Positions 10,139-19,797 of a stretch of 64,000 nt of DNA are shown one piece after another; positions within the stretch are counted from its first letter, which is position 1, and every line of letters starts with the position of its first letter. The position numbers and the translations under genes are program-made. The notes below the pieces were generated by a model. That model ran no database searches, had not been told where the DNA came from, and was given only the letters and a program-made list of their open reading frames with translations. Origin of the DNA: Candidatus Krumholzibacteriia bacterium (GTDB lineage: Bacteria; Krumholzibacteriota; Krumholzibacteriia; LZORAL124-64-63). Location: the NCBI GenBank assembly GCA_046484865.1, contig JAWOID010000144.1, positions 45,427-109,426 of the forward strand, given 5' to 3'.

Positions 10139-10921
10139 GTGTCGGACCATTCCGTCACCATGGGCAGAGCAATTCCGAGGTCCTGCACCGCGGCGGCACT
10201 CTCCGGGCCGCCGGGAGCGCGGTTCTCGACCCGCTGGCGGCTGCTGCTCGTTGCGGCGCTGGCCGCGATCGCGGTCGCCACCGCAGCCTCGGCAGCCTCG
10301 GCGCGCCCTCCGGCGGGAGCCGCCCAGCCGGAGATCCGCATCGCGCGCCTGCACTACGGCGGCGGCGGCGACTGGTACTGCGATCCCAGCAGCCTGCCGA
10401 ACTGGATGGCGGAATTCACGCGGCGCACCGGCGTGCCGACGGCCGCCACCGAGGCGGTGGTCACGCTCGACAGCGAGGATCTGTACCGGTATCCGCTGCT
10501 GTACGTGTCGGGTCACGGCCGGATCGCCCTCGCCGATGCCGAGCTGGCGGTGCTGCGCCGCTATCTGGAGGCGGGCGGCTTCCTCTACGCCGACGACAAC
10601 TACGGCATGGACGAGAGCTTCCGGGCCATGGTCGCGCAGCTCTATCCCGAGAGCGAGCTGGCGCCGATCGGCAGCGCGCATCCGATCTACCGCAGCTTCT
10701 ACGACCTGGAAGGCCTGCCGAAGATCCACGAACACGATGGCGAGCCCGCCCAGGGGTTCGGGATCGTGCGCGAGCGACGGGTGGTGGTGTTCTACAGCTA
10801 CTCCAGCGACATCGGCGACGGGCTGGAGGATCCCGACGTGCACGGCGACCCGCCGGCGGCCCGCGAGGCTGCGGCGCGCATGGCGGTGAATATACTGATG
10901 TATGCCCTGAACCGGCCGTGA
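10139..10921 (+). CDS. DUF4159-domain secreted protein
   Basis: IARLHYGGGGDWY, YVSGHG, YLEAGGFLYADDNYG, HPIY, LPKIHEHDG, SDIGDG motifs; GTG after GGAGGA (alternative ATG 10160). Confidence 0.88.
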   Translation: MSDHSVTMGRAIPRSCTAAALSGPPGARFSTRWRLLLVAALAAIAVATAASAASARPPAGAAQPEIRIARLHYGGGGDWYCDPSSLPNWMAEFTRRTGVPTAATEAVVTLDSEDLYRYPLLYVSGHGRIALADAELAVLRRYLEAGGFLYADDNYGMDESFRAMVAQLYPESELAPIGSAHPIYRSFYDLEGLPKIHEHDGEPAQGFGIVRERRVVVFYSYSSDIGDGLEDPDVHGDPPAAREAAARMAVNILMYALNRP

Positions 10922-10955
10922 CGCGCCGCTGCGCACGACGCCCGAGGAGCACAGG

Positions 10956-13900
10956 ATGAGTCGCCCGCCCACATCGCCCTCCCGGCTCCGCCGGGCACTG
11001 CGCCGGCTGGTGCGCCGCACGCACGCGCGGGTGGCGATGCGCGGCGTGCTGGCCACGCTGGCGGTGGGCGGCGGGGTGGCCGCGGCCGTCCTGTTCACGC
11101 TCGGCCGCCTGGATCACCTGCCGCCGGCCCTGAAGCTCGGCTTGACCGCCACGGCCTTGCTGGCGGTGGCGGCGGTGCTGCTGCGGACGCTCGTGGTGCC
11201 GCTGGCGCGGTTGCGCCGCGCGGCGGTCGTGGCGCGGGAACTCGACCGGCGGGCCGGGTTGCGCAACCACCTGGTGGCGGCCGAGGAGTCGCTGCGGCGC
11301 CCCGATCGGTGGAGCGGCGCCCCGGGCGTGAGCGATGAACTGGTGGCCCGGCTGCAGAGCGGAGCCCTCCAGCAGCTGGAGCGGCTGCGCCTGCACCGCG
11401 CCTGGCCCGTCTCGTGGGCGGGCGCCAGCCTGCTCGGTGCCGTCATGGTGGCGGCGGCCACGGGCTGGTGGCTGCTCGCGACGCCGGCCGAGGTGGAGCG
11501 CGCCGCCGAGCGAGTGCGCGCCCCGTGGCGAAACGAGGCATCGGCGCCCACCGTGGGCCTCTATCTCGCGCCGGGCCCCGGTCCGGTGATCGCCGGTGCG
11601 AGCGTCACCCTGGCGGCGCTCGATTTCGGTCGCGATCCGGAGCAGCCGGCCGTGTGCGAGATCCGTCGCGGCAGCGGCCTGTGGCAGCCGGTTTCCGTCC
11701 GTGCCGAGCCGGCAGGCTCCGCGGTCGGGGAATCGTTGCTGGTCGGCGCCAATCTGCCGCCTGCGCACCACCGGTGGCTGGCGGAGGTGACGGATGTCCG
11801 CGAGGACCTGGTCTTCCGCTTCCGGCGCGGCGCCCGGACCACCCGGGAGCGCACGGTGACGGTCTGGCACCCGCCGATCCTCGCCGAGCTGTCCGGCGCC
11901 ATCGTCCCGCCGGATTATACCGGCTTGCCGCGCGTCGACATGCCGCTGCTGCCGGCTCACCTCGAGGTCCTCGCCGGCTCGGAACTGAGGCTGGTCGGCC
12001 GCGCCAACCACGACCTGGTCTGGGCAGCCGCCGTGGCTGCCGACGGCGACACCATGGCGCTGGAGGTTGCCGGCGACCGGATGCGGGGGCGGCTAGCGGT
12101 GACGGAACCCCTGAGCTTCTCGTTGCTCCTGCGGGACCGCCGTGGGCTCAACAGCGATTCGCCGCTGACCATCGAGGTGGCGGTGACGCCCGACCGTGTG
12201 CCGCGCGCGCGTCTCACCCGGCCGGGCGAGGACACCCTGCTGCCGCTGGCCGGCGATGTGGACCTGCTGGCGGAGGCGAGCGACGATTTCGGCGTGGCCG
12301 AGATGCGGCTGCTGCTCCGGCGGGAGGGGCCGATGCCGTCCGCTGGCGTCGGCTCCGACGAGATCGGCTCCGACTGGTCGCGTCTGCCGCTGTGGCCGCT
12401 GCCGGCGGGCGGGGCCCAGGCGAGTGCCGAGACGCCGCTGGGCAGGGTGGTCGTCGACGTTGCCGGCGCCGGCGAGGACGGGGAGCAAGGCCGCCTCGAC
12501 CTGTGGCGGCGGCTGCGCCTGAACGCCGGTGAACTGGATCTGGTGCCGGGCGAGGTGCTGCTGCTCGCTCTGGAGGTCGTGGACAACCGCGAGCCCGCTC
12601 CCGGGCAGACCGCGCGTTCGAGCGTGCTGCGTCTGGCCATGCCGTCGGCGGCGGAGATCCTGACCAGCCGCGCGGAACAGGAGCGCGGCCATCGCGGCGA
12701 GCTGGAAGCGCTGCGCCGTCGCAGCGGCGAGCTGGGCGCGGACCTCGAGCGCCTCCAGCGCGAGCTCCTGAAGAGCCCGCTGCCGGACTTCGCACGCCGG
12801 CAGCAGATCGAGAGCGCTTTGGAGCGCCACCAGACGATGCAGCAGGAGCTGAGCCGGGTGGCGGGGCAACTCCAGGCCGATCTGGAGTCGCTCGCCCAGA
12901 ACGCGCTCACCAGCCAGGAATTGCTGGAGCGCATGGACATGATCTCCGACCTGCTGCGGGACCTGCAGAACGAGGAGCTGGAGCGGCTCCTGGAGCGGAT
13001 GCGGCAGGAGTCGTCGCGCCTGGCCCCGGACGAGATCGCCGCGGCGGTGGACGAGGTCCGCCGCAACCAGCAGGAGACCATCCGCCGCCTCGACAACGCA
13101 CTCGCGATGCTGCGCGACATGGCGCGTGAACAGGAACTGGAGGGGATGACGTCGCTGCTCGCCCAGCTCCTGCGACGCCAGCAGGAACTGACGGAGCAGA
13201 ACCGCGCCGCCGCCGACGAAGGCACCGACGGCGAGCCCGAGGGAGCGCAATCCGGAGACGACGAGAGGGACGGCGAGCAGGGTGAGGGCGAGCAGGGTGA
13301 GGGCGAACAGGGTGAGGGCGAACAGGGCGAGGGGGAGCAGGGCGAGGGGGAGCAGGAGGGTGAGCAGGGCGAAGGCGAGCAAGGCGAAGGTGAGGGCGAA
13401 AGCGAGCCGAACGACGGTTCTCCGGACGCCGAGTCCGGCGACCCGACATCCGATGCGGCGTCGGCCCAGGAGATGGCCGAGCGCCAGCAGGCACTCGCCC
13501 GGGAGCTCGAGCAGCTCGAGGAGCGGCTGCAGGAGGCTCTGGAACAGGTGCAGCGCGAGCGCACCGACGGCGACCAGTCGCCGTCCGGCGAGCAGATGCA
13601 GCAGGCGCTCGAGGAGGCCATGCGCCAGCTGGAGGAGCAGCAGACCGCGCGCAAGATGAGCGATGCCGCGCAGCAGATGCAGCAGGGCCAGCCGGGGTCC
13701 GCCGCCCAGCAGCAGCAGCAGGCGCTCCGCGATCTCGCCTCCCTCTACCACGTCATGCTGCAGAGCCAGATGGCCATGGAGATGGCGATGCAGCAGCACC
13801 AGGCAGCGTCGCTGCGCCGGTTCGCCGCCGACCTCCTGGCTCTCTCGCACCGCCAGGAGGAGATCGCCACCCGTGTGCCGGCCGACCTGCGGGACCTCGG

Positions 13901-14819
13901 CACCACCGGCCTCGCACGCCAGCAGCACCGGGTGCTGAGGGCGGCGCGGACCGTCCGGGACGAGCTGAGCGGCCTGACCACCGATGCCCCCATGCAGATC
14001 ATGCGGATGCTGTCGCGGCTCGATACGCTGCTGGAGGAGCTCGGTCGCAGCCTGCACTTCCTGGAGGAAGGTCGCGGCACGCTGGCGCGCCGCACCGCCG
14101 GCGAGGGGCTGGCGGCGATGAACCGCATCGTGATCGACCTGCTCACCCAGGCCCAGATGACCGGCGCCGGCAGTGGTGGCGGCGGCGGCGGATCGACGCA
14201 ACCGGCGTTCGGCCAGCAGCTGCGGGACATGGCCCGGGAGCAGGCGGGGCTCAATGCTCTGACCCAGGAGATGCGCGACGCGCTCGCTCGCCAGCAGCGG
14301 GTCAGTCAGGAACTGCGCTCGCAGATGCGGCGGCTCGGCGAGGGACAGGATGCGCTGGCGGAGCGCGCGCGGGAGATCGCGGAGGAGGAGCGCCGGCAGC
14401 GCGAGACCTCTCCGGACGCCGGCGGGCGGATCCTGGGCGACCTCGACCAGCTCGCGCGGGAGATGGAGCAGGTGGCGCGCGGCCTGGACGACGGCATGGT
14501 CGACCAGGCGACGCTGCTGCGGCAGGAACGCATCCTGGGCCGCCTGCTGGACGCCCACAACTCGGTGCGCCAGCGCGACTACAGCCGCCGCCGTGAGAGC
14601 CGCGCCGCCGAGCGCCTCTACTCCGAGCAGGATGGATTGGCACCGGGCCGGGACGGCGAGGGAGCGGCACCCCTCCAGCGGCGTTACGAGCCGGTGGAGA
14701 AGGCGCCGGTGGAATACCGTGACCTGGTGCGGCAGTACTTCCACCTGCTCGATCAGCTGCGTCGCGACACCGCCCCGTCGGCCCCGGGCGGTGTGGGCGC
14801 CGGACCGGGAGTGCCGTGA
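10956..14819 (+). CDS. DUF4175-family membrane-anchored coiled-coil protein
   Basis: N-terminal TMs, PPDYTGLP, ASDDFG, Gln/Glu-rich coiled coil, RQERILGRLL and PVEYRDLVRQYF near the C-terminus. Confidence 0.82.
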   Translation: MSRPPTSPSRLRRALRRLVRRTHARVAMRGVLATLAVGGGVAAAVLFTLGRLDHLPPALKLGLTATALLAVAAVLLRTLVVPLARLRRAAVVARELDRRAGLRNHLVAAEESLRRPDRWSGAPGVSDELVARLQSGALQQLERLRLHRAWPVSWAGASLLGAVMVAAATGWWLLATPAEVERAAERVRAPWRNEASAPTVGLYLAPGPGPVIAGASVTLAALDFGRDPEQPAVCEIRRGSGLWQPVSVRAEPAGSAVGESLLVGANLPPAHHRWLAEVTDVREDLVFRFRRGARTTRERTVTVWHPPILAELSGAIVPPDYTGLPRVDMPLLPAHLEVLAGSELRLVGRANHDLVWAAAVAADGDTMALEVAGDRMRGRLAVTEPLSFSLLLRDRRGLNSDSPLTIEVAVTPDRVPRARLTRPGEDTLLPLAGDVDLLAEASDDFGVAEMRLLLRREGPMPSAGVGSDEIGSDWSRLPLWPLPAGGAQASAETPLGRVVVDVAGAGEDGEQGRLDLWRRLRLNAGELDLVPGEVLLLALEVVDNREPAPGQTARSSVLRLAMPSAAEILTSRAEQERGHRGELEALRRRSGELGADLERLQRELLKSPLPDFARRQQIESALERHQTMQQELSRVAGQLQADLESLAQNALTSQELLERMDMISDLLRDLQNEELERLLERMRQESSRLAPDEIAAAVDEVRRNQQETIRRLDNALAMLRDMAREQELEGMTSLLAQLLRRQQELTEQNRAAADEGTDGEPEGAQSGDDERDGEQGEGEQGEGEQGEGEQGEGEQGEGEQEGEQGEGEQGEGEGESEPNDGSPDAESGDPTSDAASAQEMAERQQALARELEQLEERLQEALEQVQRERTDGDQSPSGEQMQQALEEAMRQLEEQQTARKMSDAAQQMQQGQPGSAAQQQQQALRDLASLYHVMLQSQMAMEMAMQQHQAASLRRFAADLLALSHRQEEIATRVPADLRDLGTTGLARQQHRVLRAARTVRDELSGLTTDAPMQIMRMLSRLDTLLEELGRSLHFLEEGRGTLARRTAGEGLAAMNRIVIDLLTQAQMTGAGSGGGGGGSTQPAFGQQLRDMAREQAGLNALTQEMRDALARQQRVSQELRSQMRRLGEGQDALAERAREIAEEERRQRETSPDAGGRILGDLDQLAREMEQVARGLDDGMVDQATLLRQERILGRLLDAHNSVRQRDYSRRRESRAAERLYSEQDGLAPGRDGEGAAPLQRRYEPVEKAPVEYRDLVRQYFHLLDQLRRDTAPSAPGGVGAGPGVP
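13272..13400 (+). repeat. In-frame 15-bp tandem repeat encoding (GEQGE)n, about 8 units
   Basis: GGCGAGCAGGGTGAG units with synonymous variation and one 12-bp unit, inside the DUF4175 gene. Confidence 0.9.
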
Positions 14820-16909
14820 TGGATTTCGTGATCGGTTTCTTGTCGAGGACCGCCGACGTGCTGCGTCGGGCGGGTCGTGCCACGGCCCTGGATCGCCTCT
14901 CCGCCCGCGGCTGCCGCCGCCGCCGGCGGAACGGAAGCGATGCCGGCTTCCTGCCCCTCATGGGGCTGGCGCTGATGGCGACGCTCGTGGCCGGCGCTGC
15001 GGCGGCGCAGGTGCCGCTGGACCCGCGTTCGCGACTGGAGCGTCCGCCGGACACCAGACCTTCGCCCCGGCTGGAACGCGTCCACCCGCAGCTGGCGCCG
15101 CACGCGGACCTGTTGCGGCGCGTGCAGGAGCTCGATCGCCTGCTCACTCTCGGTAGTCTCAGCCGCGCCGAGGTGCTGCTCGGCGAACTCGAGCAGCACT
15201 CGTTTCTCGGCCCCCACCTGCTGCCGCACCGCATCCGTCTGGCCCAGCTGAAGGGCGACCACGAAGCTGCGGTCGACCTCTGCCGGGAGGCGCTCGCCGA
15301 CGCTCCCGGGAACGCGCGGGTCTGGCGGGAGCTGGCCGGATCCCTGCTGGCGCTCGGCCGCGGCGGCGAGGCGCGCGAAGCCCTCGACCGCTTCGTCGCG
15401 ACGAGCCCCAACCAGCGCAGCAGCCTGGTGGTCGCCGTCGACCTCGCGGCGTCGGCGGGCGGGTCGGCCATGGCGCTGGCGCTCGTCGATTCGGCGCGGA
15501 CCCTGCTGGCCGAGCCGCAGTTCATGGCCCGCGAGCGAGCGCTCGCGTTGCTGAGCCTCGGCCGCGAGGAGGCGGCGGCCGACGAGCTCGCAGCCGACCT
15601 GCGGACCCATCCCTTCCATCTGCCGCTGGTGAGGACCGCGCTCGCCGACGGGATCTTCGTTCCGCGCGAGCACGAGCGATTCGTGGCCCGGCTCGGTGAG
15701 CGGGCCACCGAGCGCGAGGCCGGCGCCGCGGAGAGGATCCTGCTGGCCAACCTCCTCGTCGAGGGCGGCGATGCCGCCGGCGCGCAGGCGACGGTGAGCG
15801 GGCTGGCCCGCGATCGCGAGTCGGCCAACCTGCTGCTGCAGAACGCGGCCGTCCTCGCCCGCGAGCTGGAACTGGTCGAGGACGCGAGGCTGCGCACGGT
15901 CCGCACCGACTTCCTGCTGGCCGTCCTGCGCGACCTCGGCGACGGGTCGGCGCTGGAGTCGGCCACGCAGGTGCGGGCGCTGGACACGATGGCATCCGTT
16001 CTCGAGACGGCGCTGAGCCGCGGCGACCTGGGCGACGATGCCCGCGCGGCTGCCGCCCGGTTCGAGGATCTGCTCGGGCTGGTGCAACGGCGCAACCCGC
16101 GTTCGCCGCACCTCTACTCGGCGCAGATCAGGCTGGCGCACTTCACTCGCGACGTCATCGGCGAGCCCGCGCGGGCGGCCGCGCGCCTCGAGCGGTTGCT
16201 CACGAACCTCGACCTTCCGATGGAGGGCGTGGCGCTGGCCCGACTCACGCTCGGCGAGACCTATCTCGCCGCCGGCGACACGGCCCGCGGACGGACGGTC
16301 CTCACCCGTCTGGGCAAGGACGCCGACTTCCGGGAGGCCGCGGGGCACGCGCATTATCATCTGGCGCGCCTGGACCTGGCGGAGGGCCACTGGGAGACCG
16401 CCCGTGACCGCTTCGCCGCCGTGGCCCTGGACAATCCCGCCGCGACCTACGCGAACGAGTCGCTGGCGCTCGGCCTGGCGGTGGCGGAGGAACTGCAGAA
16501 CCCCACGGGCGGACCGGCGCTGCTGGAACTCTACGCACCGGCGGTGCTGTACGATCTGACCGCCCGTCCCGACTCGCAGCGCGTGGCGCTGGAGCGCTTC
16601 GTGACCGCGGCGCCGGTGCGGGTGGACATGAGCCAGCCGCAGCACCTCCTCGAGCGCGCGCGCCTGGAACTCGCCGGGCTGTACCACGCGAACGGCGAGC
16701 AGGCCGCCGCCCTGGAGCAGCTCGACCGCGTCGTCCTCGACCATCCCGACGGGCGGCACGCCGCCGAGGCCCTGGCGCAGCGGGGCGCGATCCTGCGAGC
16801 GGCCGGCGACGAGGCCGGAGCGCGCGAGAATCTCGAGCGGCTGCTGCTGCAGTACCCCGAGTACCTCTTCGCGGACGAGATCCGCGATCACCTCAGGAAC
16901 CTGCCATGA
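14816..16909 (+). CDS. Secreted tetratricopeptide-repeat protein
   Basis: GTGA overlap with upstream stop; signal-like MGLALMATLVAGAAAAQ (alternative start 14960); TPR-like helices ending in LLLQYPEYLFADEIR. Confidence 0.8.
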   Translation: MMDFVIGFLSRTADVLRRAGRATALDRLSARGCRRRRRNGSDAGFLPLMGLALMATLVAGAAAAQVPLDPRSRLERPPDTRPSPRLERVHPQLAPHADLLRRVQELDRLLTLGSLSRAEVLLGELEQHSFLGPHLLPHRIRLAQLKGDHEAAVDLCREALADAPGNARVWRELAGSLLALGRGGEAREALDRFVATSPNQRSSLVVAVDLAASAGGSAMALALVDSARTLLAEPQFMARERALALLSLGREEAAADELAADLRTHPFHLPLVRTALADGIFVPREHERFVARLGERATEREAGAAERILLANLLVEGGDAAGAQATVSGLARDRESANLLLQNAAVLARELELVEDARLRTVRTDFLLAVLRDLGDGSALESATQVRALDTMASVLETALSRGDLGDDARAAAARFEDLLGLVQRRNPRSPHLYSAQIRLAHFTRDVIGEPARAAARLERLLTNLDLPMEGVALARLTLGETYLAAGDTARGRTVLTRLGKDADFREAAGHAHYHLARLDLAEGHWETARDRFAAVALDNPAATYANESLALGLAVAEELQNPTGGPALLELYAPAVLYDLTARPDSQRVALERFVTAAPVRVDMSQPQHLLERARLELAGLYHANGEQAAALEQLDRVVLDHPDGRHAAEALAQRGAILRAAGDEAGARENLERLLLQYPEYLFADEIRDHLRNLP

Positions 16910-16940
16910 AGATGCTTCAGGATCCTGCCATGAAGATGCT
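16893..16940 (+). repeat. 24-bp tandem duplication of the gene junction
   Basis: TCAGGAACCTGCCATGAAGATGCT followed directly by TCAGGATCCTGCCATGAAGATGCT (1 mismatch). Confidence 0.92.
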
Positions 16941-18234
16941 CCGGTCCATCACCGCCCGGCGCGGCGCGCTCCGGCTGGCGACGATCGTCGGCCTGCTGGT
17001 CCTCGGGTCCACGGCAGCCGGCACCGCCCGCGCGGAGCGGTACCTGCTGGTCCCGATGGATCTGGACCAGTCCAACCACCTGCGGGCGTACGGCCACGCC
17101 TATCACACCCTGCAGGACGGCGAACGGGTGAGCTGGCTGCTGAACTATCGCGGCGGATCGTTCCTCATGCGCGACACCGAGCGGGCCCGGCTCGACGCCC
17201 GGCTGATGGGCGTGCGGTTCGAATCGATCGACGAAGGCGACGTGGAGGCGATCCGGCAGGTCGTGCAGCAGGAGAACATGGACGAGGTGCTGCTCGAGAA
17301 GCCCCCGCGCATCGCCGTCTACAGCCCGCCCCACATGCAGCCCTGGGACGACGCCGTCACCCTCGCGCTCACCTACGCCGAGGTGCCCTACGACGTCGTC
17401 TACGACCAGGACGTCCTCGCCGGCAAGCTGCAGGAGTACGAGTGGCTGCACCTGCACCACGAGGACTTCACCGGGCAGTACGGCAAGTTCTACGGCGTGT
17501 ACGGGCTCGAGGAATGGTACCTCGAGCAGAAGCATTTCCACGAGGACCTGGCGGCGCTTCTCGGCTACGAGACAGTCTGGAAGCTGAAGCACGCCGTGGC
17601 GCGGACCGTCCTCGAGTACGTCGAGGAAGGCGGCTTCCTCTTCGCCATGTGCTCGGCGACCGACACGCTCGACATCGCGCTGGCGTACCTCGGGATCGAC
17701 ATCGTACCGGCGCCGATGGACGGCAGCCCGATCGATCCCGCCTACCGCGCGGGCGCCGTGTTCGAGCGGCCGCTGGCGTTCGAGAACTTCGAGCTCGTCA
17801 CCAACCCGCTCGTCTACGAGTTCTCCACGATCGACACCAGCGACTACGCGAGCATCCGCGGGCCGGAAGCGGACTACTTCACCCTCTTCGCCTTCGCCGC
17901 CAAGTACGATCCGGTGGCGGCCATGCTCACGCAGAATCACGTCAACGTGATCAACGGCTTCCTGGGGCAGACCACCGGTTTCCATGCGCGCCATCTCAAG
18001 CGCAGCGTCACGGTGCTGGCGCAGGTCGAGGGCACCGACGAGGTGAAGTACGTCCACGGCAAGCGCGGGACGGGCACCTTCACCTACCTGGGCGGCCACG
18101 ACCCCGAGGACTACCAGCACCGGGTGGGCGATCCGCCCACCGATCTCGACCTCTACCCCACCTCGCCGGGATACCGGCTGATCCTCAACAACATCCTCTT
18201 CCCGGCCGCGAAGAAGAAGCCGCAGAAGACCTGA
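16906..18234 (+). CDS. Conserved secreted FCB-group protein (family often labelled 'asparagine synthetase B'; function unknown)
   Basis: Signal peptide; QSNHLRAYG, WLLNYRGGSF, QPWDDAVTLALTYAE, WLHLHHEDFTGQYGKFY, GGFLFAMCSATD, GGHDPEDYQH, SPGYRLILNNILFPAAKKK; alternative start 16930. Confidence 0.8.
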   Translation: MKMLQDPAMKMLRSITARRGALRLATIVGLLVLGSTAAGTARAERYLLVPMDLDQSNHLRAYGHAYHTLQDGERVSWLLNYRGGSFLMRDTERARLDARLMGVRFESIDEGDVEAIRQVVQQENMDEVLLEKPPRIAVYSPPHMQPWDDAVTLALTYAEVPYDVVYDQDVLAGKLQEYEWLHLHHEDFTGQYGKFYGVYGLEEWYLEQKHFHEDLAALLGYETVWKLKHAVARTVLEYVEEGGFLFAMCSATDTLDIALAYLGIDIVPAPMDGSPIDPAYRAGAVFERPLAFENFELVTNPLVYEFSTIDTSDYASIRGPEADYFTLFAFAAKYDPVAAMLTQNHVNVINGFLGQTTGFHARHLKRSVTVLAQVEGTDEVKYVHGKRGTGTFTYLGGHDPEDYQHRVGDPPTDLDLYPTSPGYRLILNNILFPAAKKKPQKT

Positions 18235-18454
18235 CCGGCGCGCGCGGCGCGGGCGAAATGCCAGGGGCGCCGCGACCTCGCCCCGCGGTCCGTGGCGGGG
18301 CTCGGCGGTCCCGGCGATTCCTCGTGATTCCTTCCCGAGGCGGACGAGGCCGCGCCGCGGCGCGTGACGGTCGCGCCGGAGCGCCGCGGTCGCGGCGCGA
18401 ACCCATGGCACGACGATTGCCGCCGGCGCAGGGAACCCCGTCGGGATCTCTGCC

Positions 18455-19591
18455 GTGGGAGGCATCTTGGCCCGGATCCTCGTACATGGAGCGCCTCAGC
18501 GCGCGCGGGCCCTGCGCCGGATGCTGGAGGCGCGAGGGCACGCCACCGCGCCGCTCGGCGAGTCAGCCGCGGGATTGGGCTGCGACGCGGCGGTGCACGC
18601 CTGCGCCCCGGGCGACGACGGCGAGTGTCCCGTCCTGGTACCCGGCGGCGCGGGGATGCCTCTGGTGGTCGTGGGGACGGCCGCCGCCGACTGTCCGCTC
18701 GGGCATGCGGCCGACGTCTGGGTCGCGCGCGCCGCCGACGCGGCCACGGCCGTGGACGGGTTGCTCGGACGGCGGCGCGGCGGCGCTCGCGGCAGCCACC
18801 GGCTCGAGGCCGCCCCGGCCACAGATCTGGCGGGGTACGTCGATTTCCTCGGCCACGAGCTGCGCACTCCCTTGACGGTGGTCTCCGGAGCTCTCGCCGC
18901 GCTGGAACAGCTCGCCGCGAGCGACGGCCGTAACGCCGGAGAACGGCGGCGGCGGCGCCTGTTCGACCTCGCACGGCGCAACCTGCTGCGCCTGCAGCGC
19001 AGCGTCACCTGGAACGAGGACTACCTGAGGGCGTTCGGCGCCCGGCGGTACGGGCCCCTGGCCGCCGTGGCCCTCGCGGACGTCCTCGAGGGTGCGGTCG
19101 CCGGTGGCAACTCCGACCTGGGGCCCGTGTCGCTGCATCTGCCCCGACGGTCGCCGACCTTGCACGGCGATGCCGCGGCGCTCAGCCAGCTCGTGCGGCA
19201 GCTTCTGCGGTCCTGCCGCTATCATCTCCCGGACGTCCCCCTGGAGCTGGCCGTCGCCCGGTGCCGAACGGCGCGGGGCGGCGCCGGCGCGGGGCGGCTG
19301 CGGCTGTCGGTGCAGACCGCCGGCGGCGACGCCGGCAAGGGACGCACGATCCGCTCCGGCGTCGGCCCGGCCGGCGACGGTGACGCTGCGGCGCAGCAGC
19401 GGCTGGAGCTGGCGCGGCTGCTGCGCTGCTCGGTGCCGCCGGCGCTGGTCGACCAGCTCGGCGCGGTGGTCCTGGTGGGTGCGCGCCGCCGCCCTGCCGA
19501 ACTGGTGGCGGCGCTGGTGGCCGACGGCACGCTGTGCGCGAACCGGGCCGTGGATTCCGCGGCATCCGCACCCGTGCCGGTCACGGCCTGA
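18455..19591 (+). CDS. Degenerate histidine kinase (HisKA intact, ATPase boxes eroded)
   Basis: GHELRTPLT H-box; receiver-like N-terminus; no recognisable N/G1/G2 boxes; start uncertain. Confidence 0.6.
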   Translation: MGGILARILVHGAPQRARALRRMLEARGHATAPLGESAAGLGCDAAVHACAPGDDGECPVLVPGGAGMPLVVVGTAAADCPLGHAADVWVARAADAATAVDGLLGRRRGGARGSHRLEAAPATDLAGYVDFLGHELRTPLTVVSGALAALEQLAASDGRNAGERRRRRLFDLARRNLLRLQRSVTWNEDYLRAFGARRYGPLAAVALADVLEGAVAGGNSDLGPVSLHLPRRSPTLHGDAAALSQLVRQLLRSCRYHLPDVPLELAVARCRTARGGAGAGRLRLSVQTAGGDAGKGRTIRSGVGPAGDGDAAAQQRLELARLLRCSVPPALVDQLGAVVLVGARRRPAELVAALVADGTLCANRAVDSAASAPVPVTA

Positions 19592-19722
19592 AGCGGTTCG
19601 CCGGCCAGGCTGGAAAGTCCCGGGCGTTCTCGGTCCTCCTCTGCCCGGGCGCCGTCCGACGGTGGGGCCGGTCGTCCCCCGGTCCCCCGTCGGACATCCA
19701 TCCCCACCTGCTCGATCGACCC

Positions 19723-19751
19723 TGGACAGTCGCGCCGCGCCGGGTTAGCTT
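19723..19751 (+). promoter_or_regulatory. sigma70-type promoter
   Basis: TGGACA-17bp-TAGCTT upstream of ATG 19798. Confidence 0.55.
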
Positions 19752-19797
19752 CGGCGCGATTCCAGCCAGGCGCCGACCCTCGCCGCGGAGACGCCCG

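Noticed and set aside
13272..13400. Repeat array as a possible CRISPR
   Set aside because: No spacers, in-frame coding repeat, no cas genes
2617..14744. Very long minus-strand ORFs (2617..6105, 4649..7015, 7280..11098, 12093..14744)
   Set aside because: Antisense shadows of real + strand genes in high-GC DNA; no recognisable motifs
16906..18234. Calling this gene asnB
   Set aside because: Has a signal peptide and lacks the N-terminal Cys and SGGLDS motifs of asparagine synthetase
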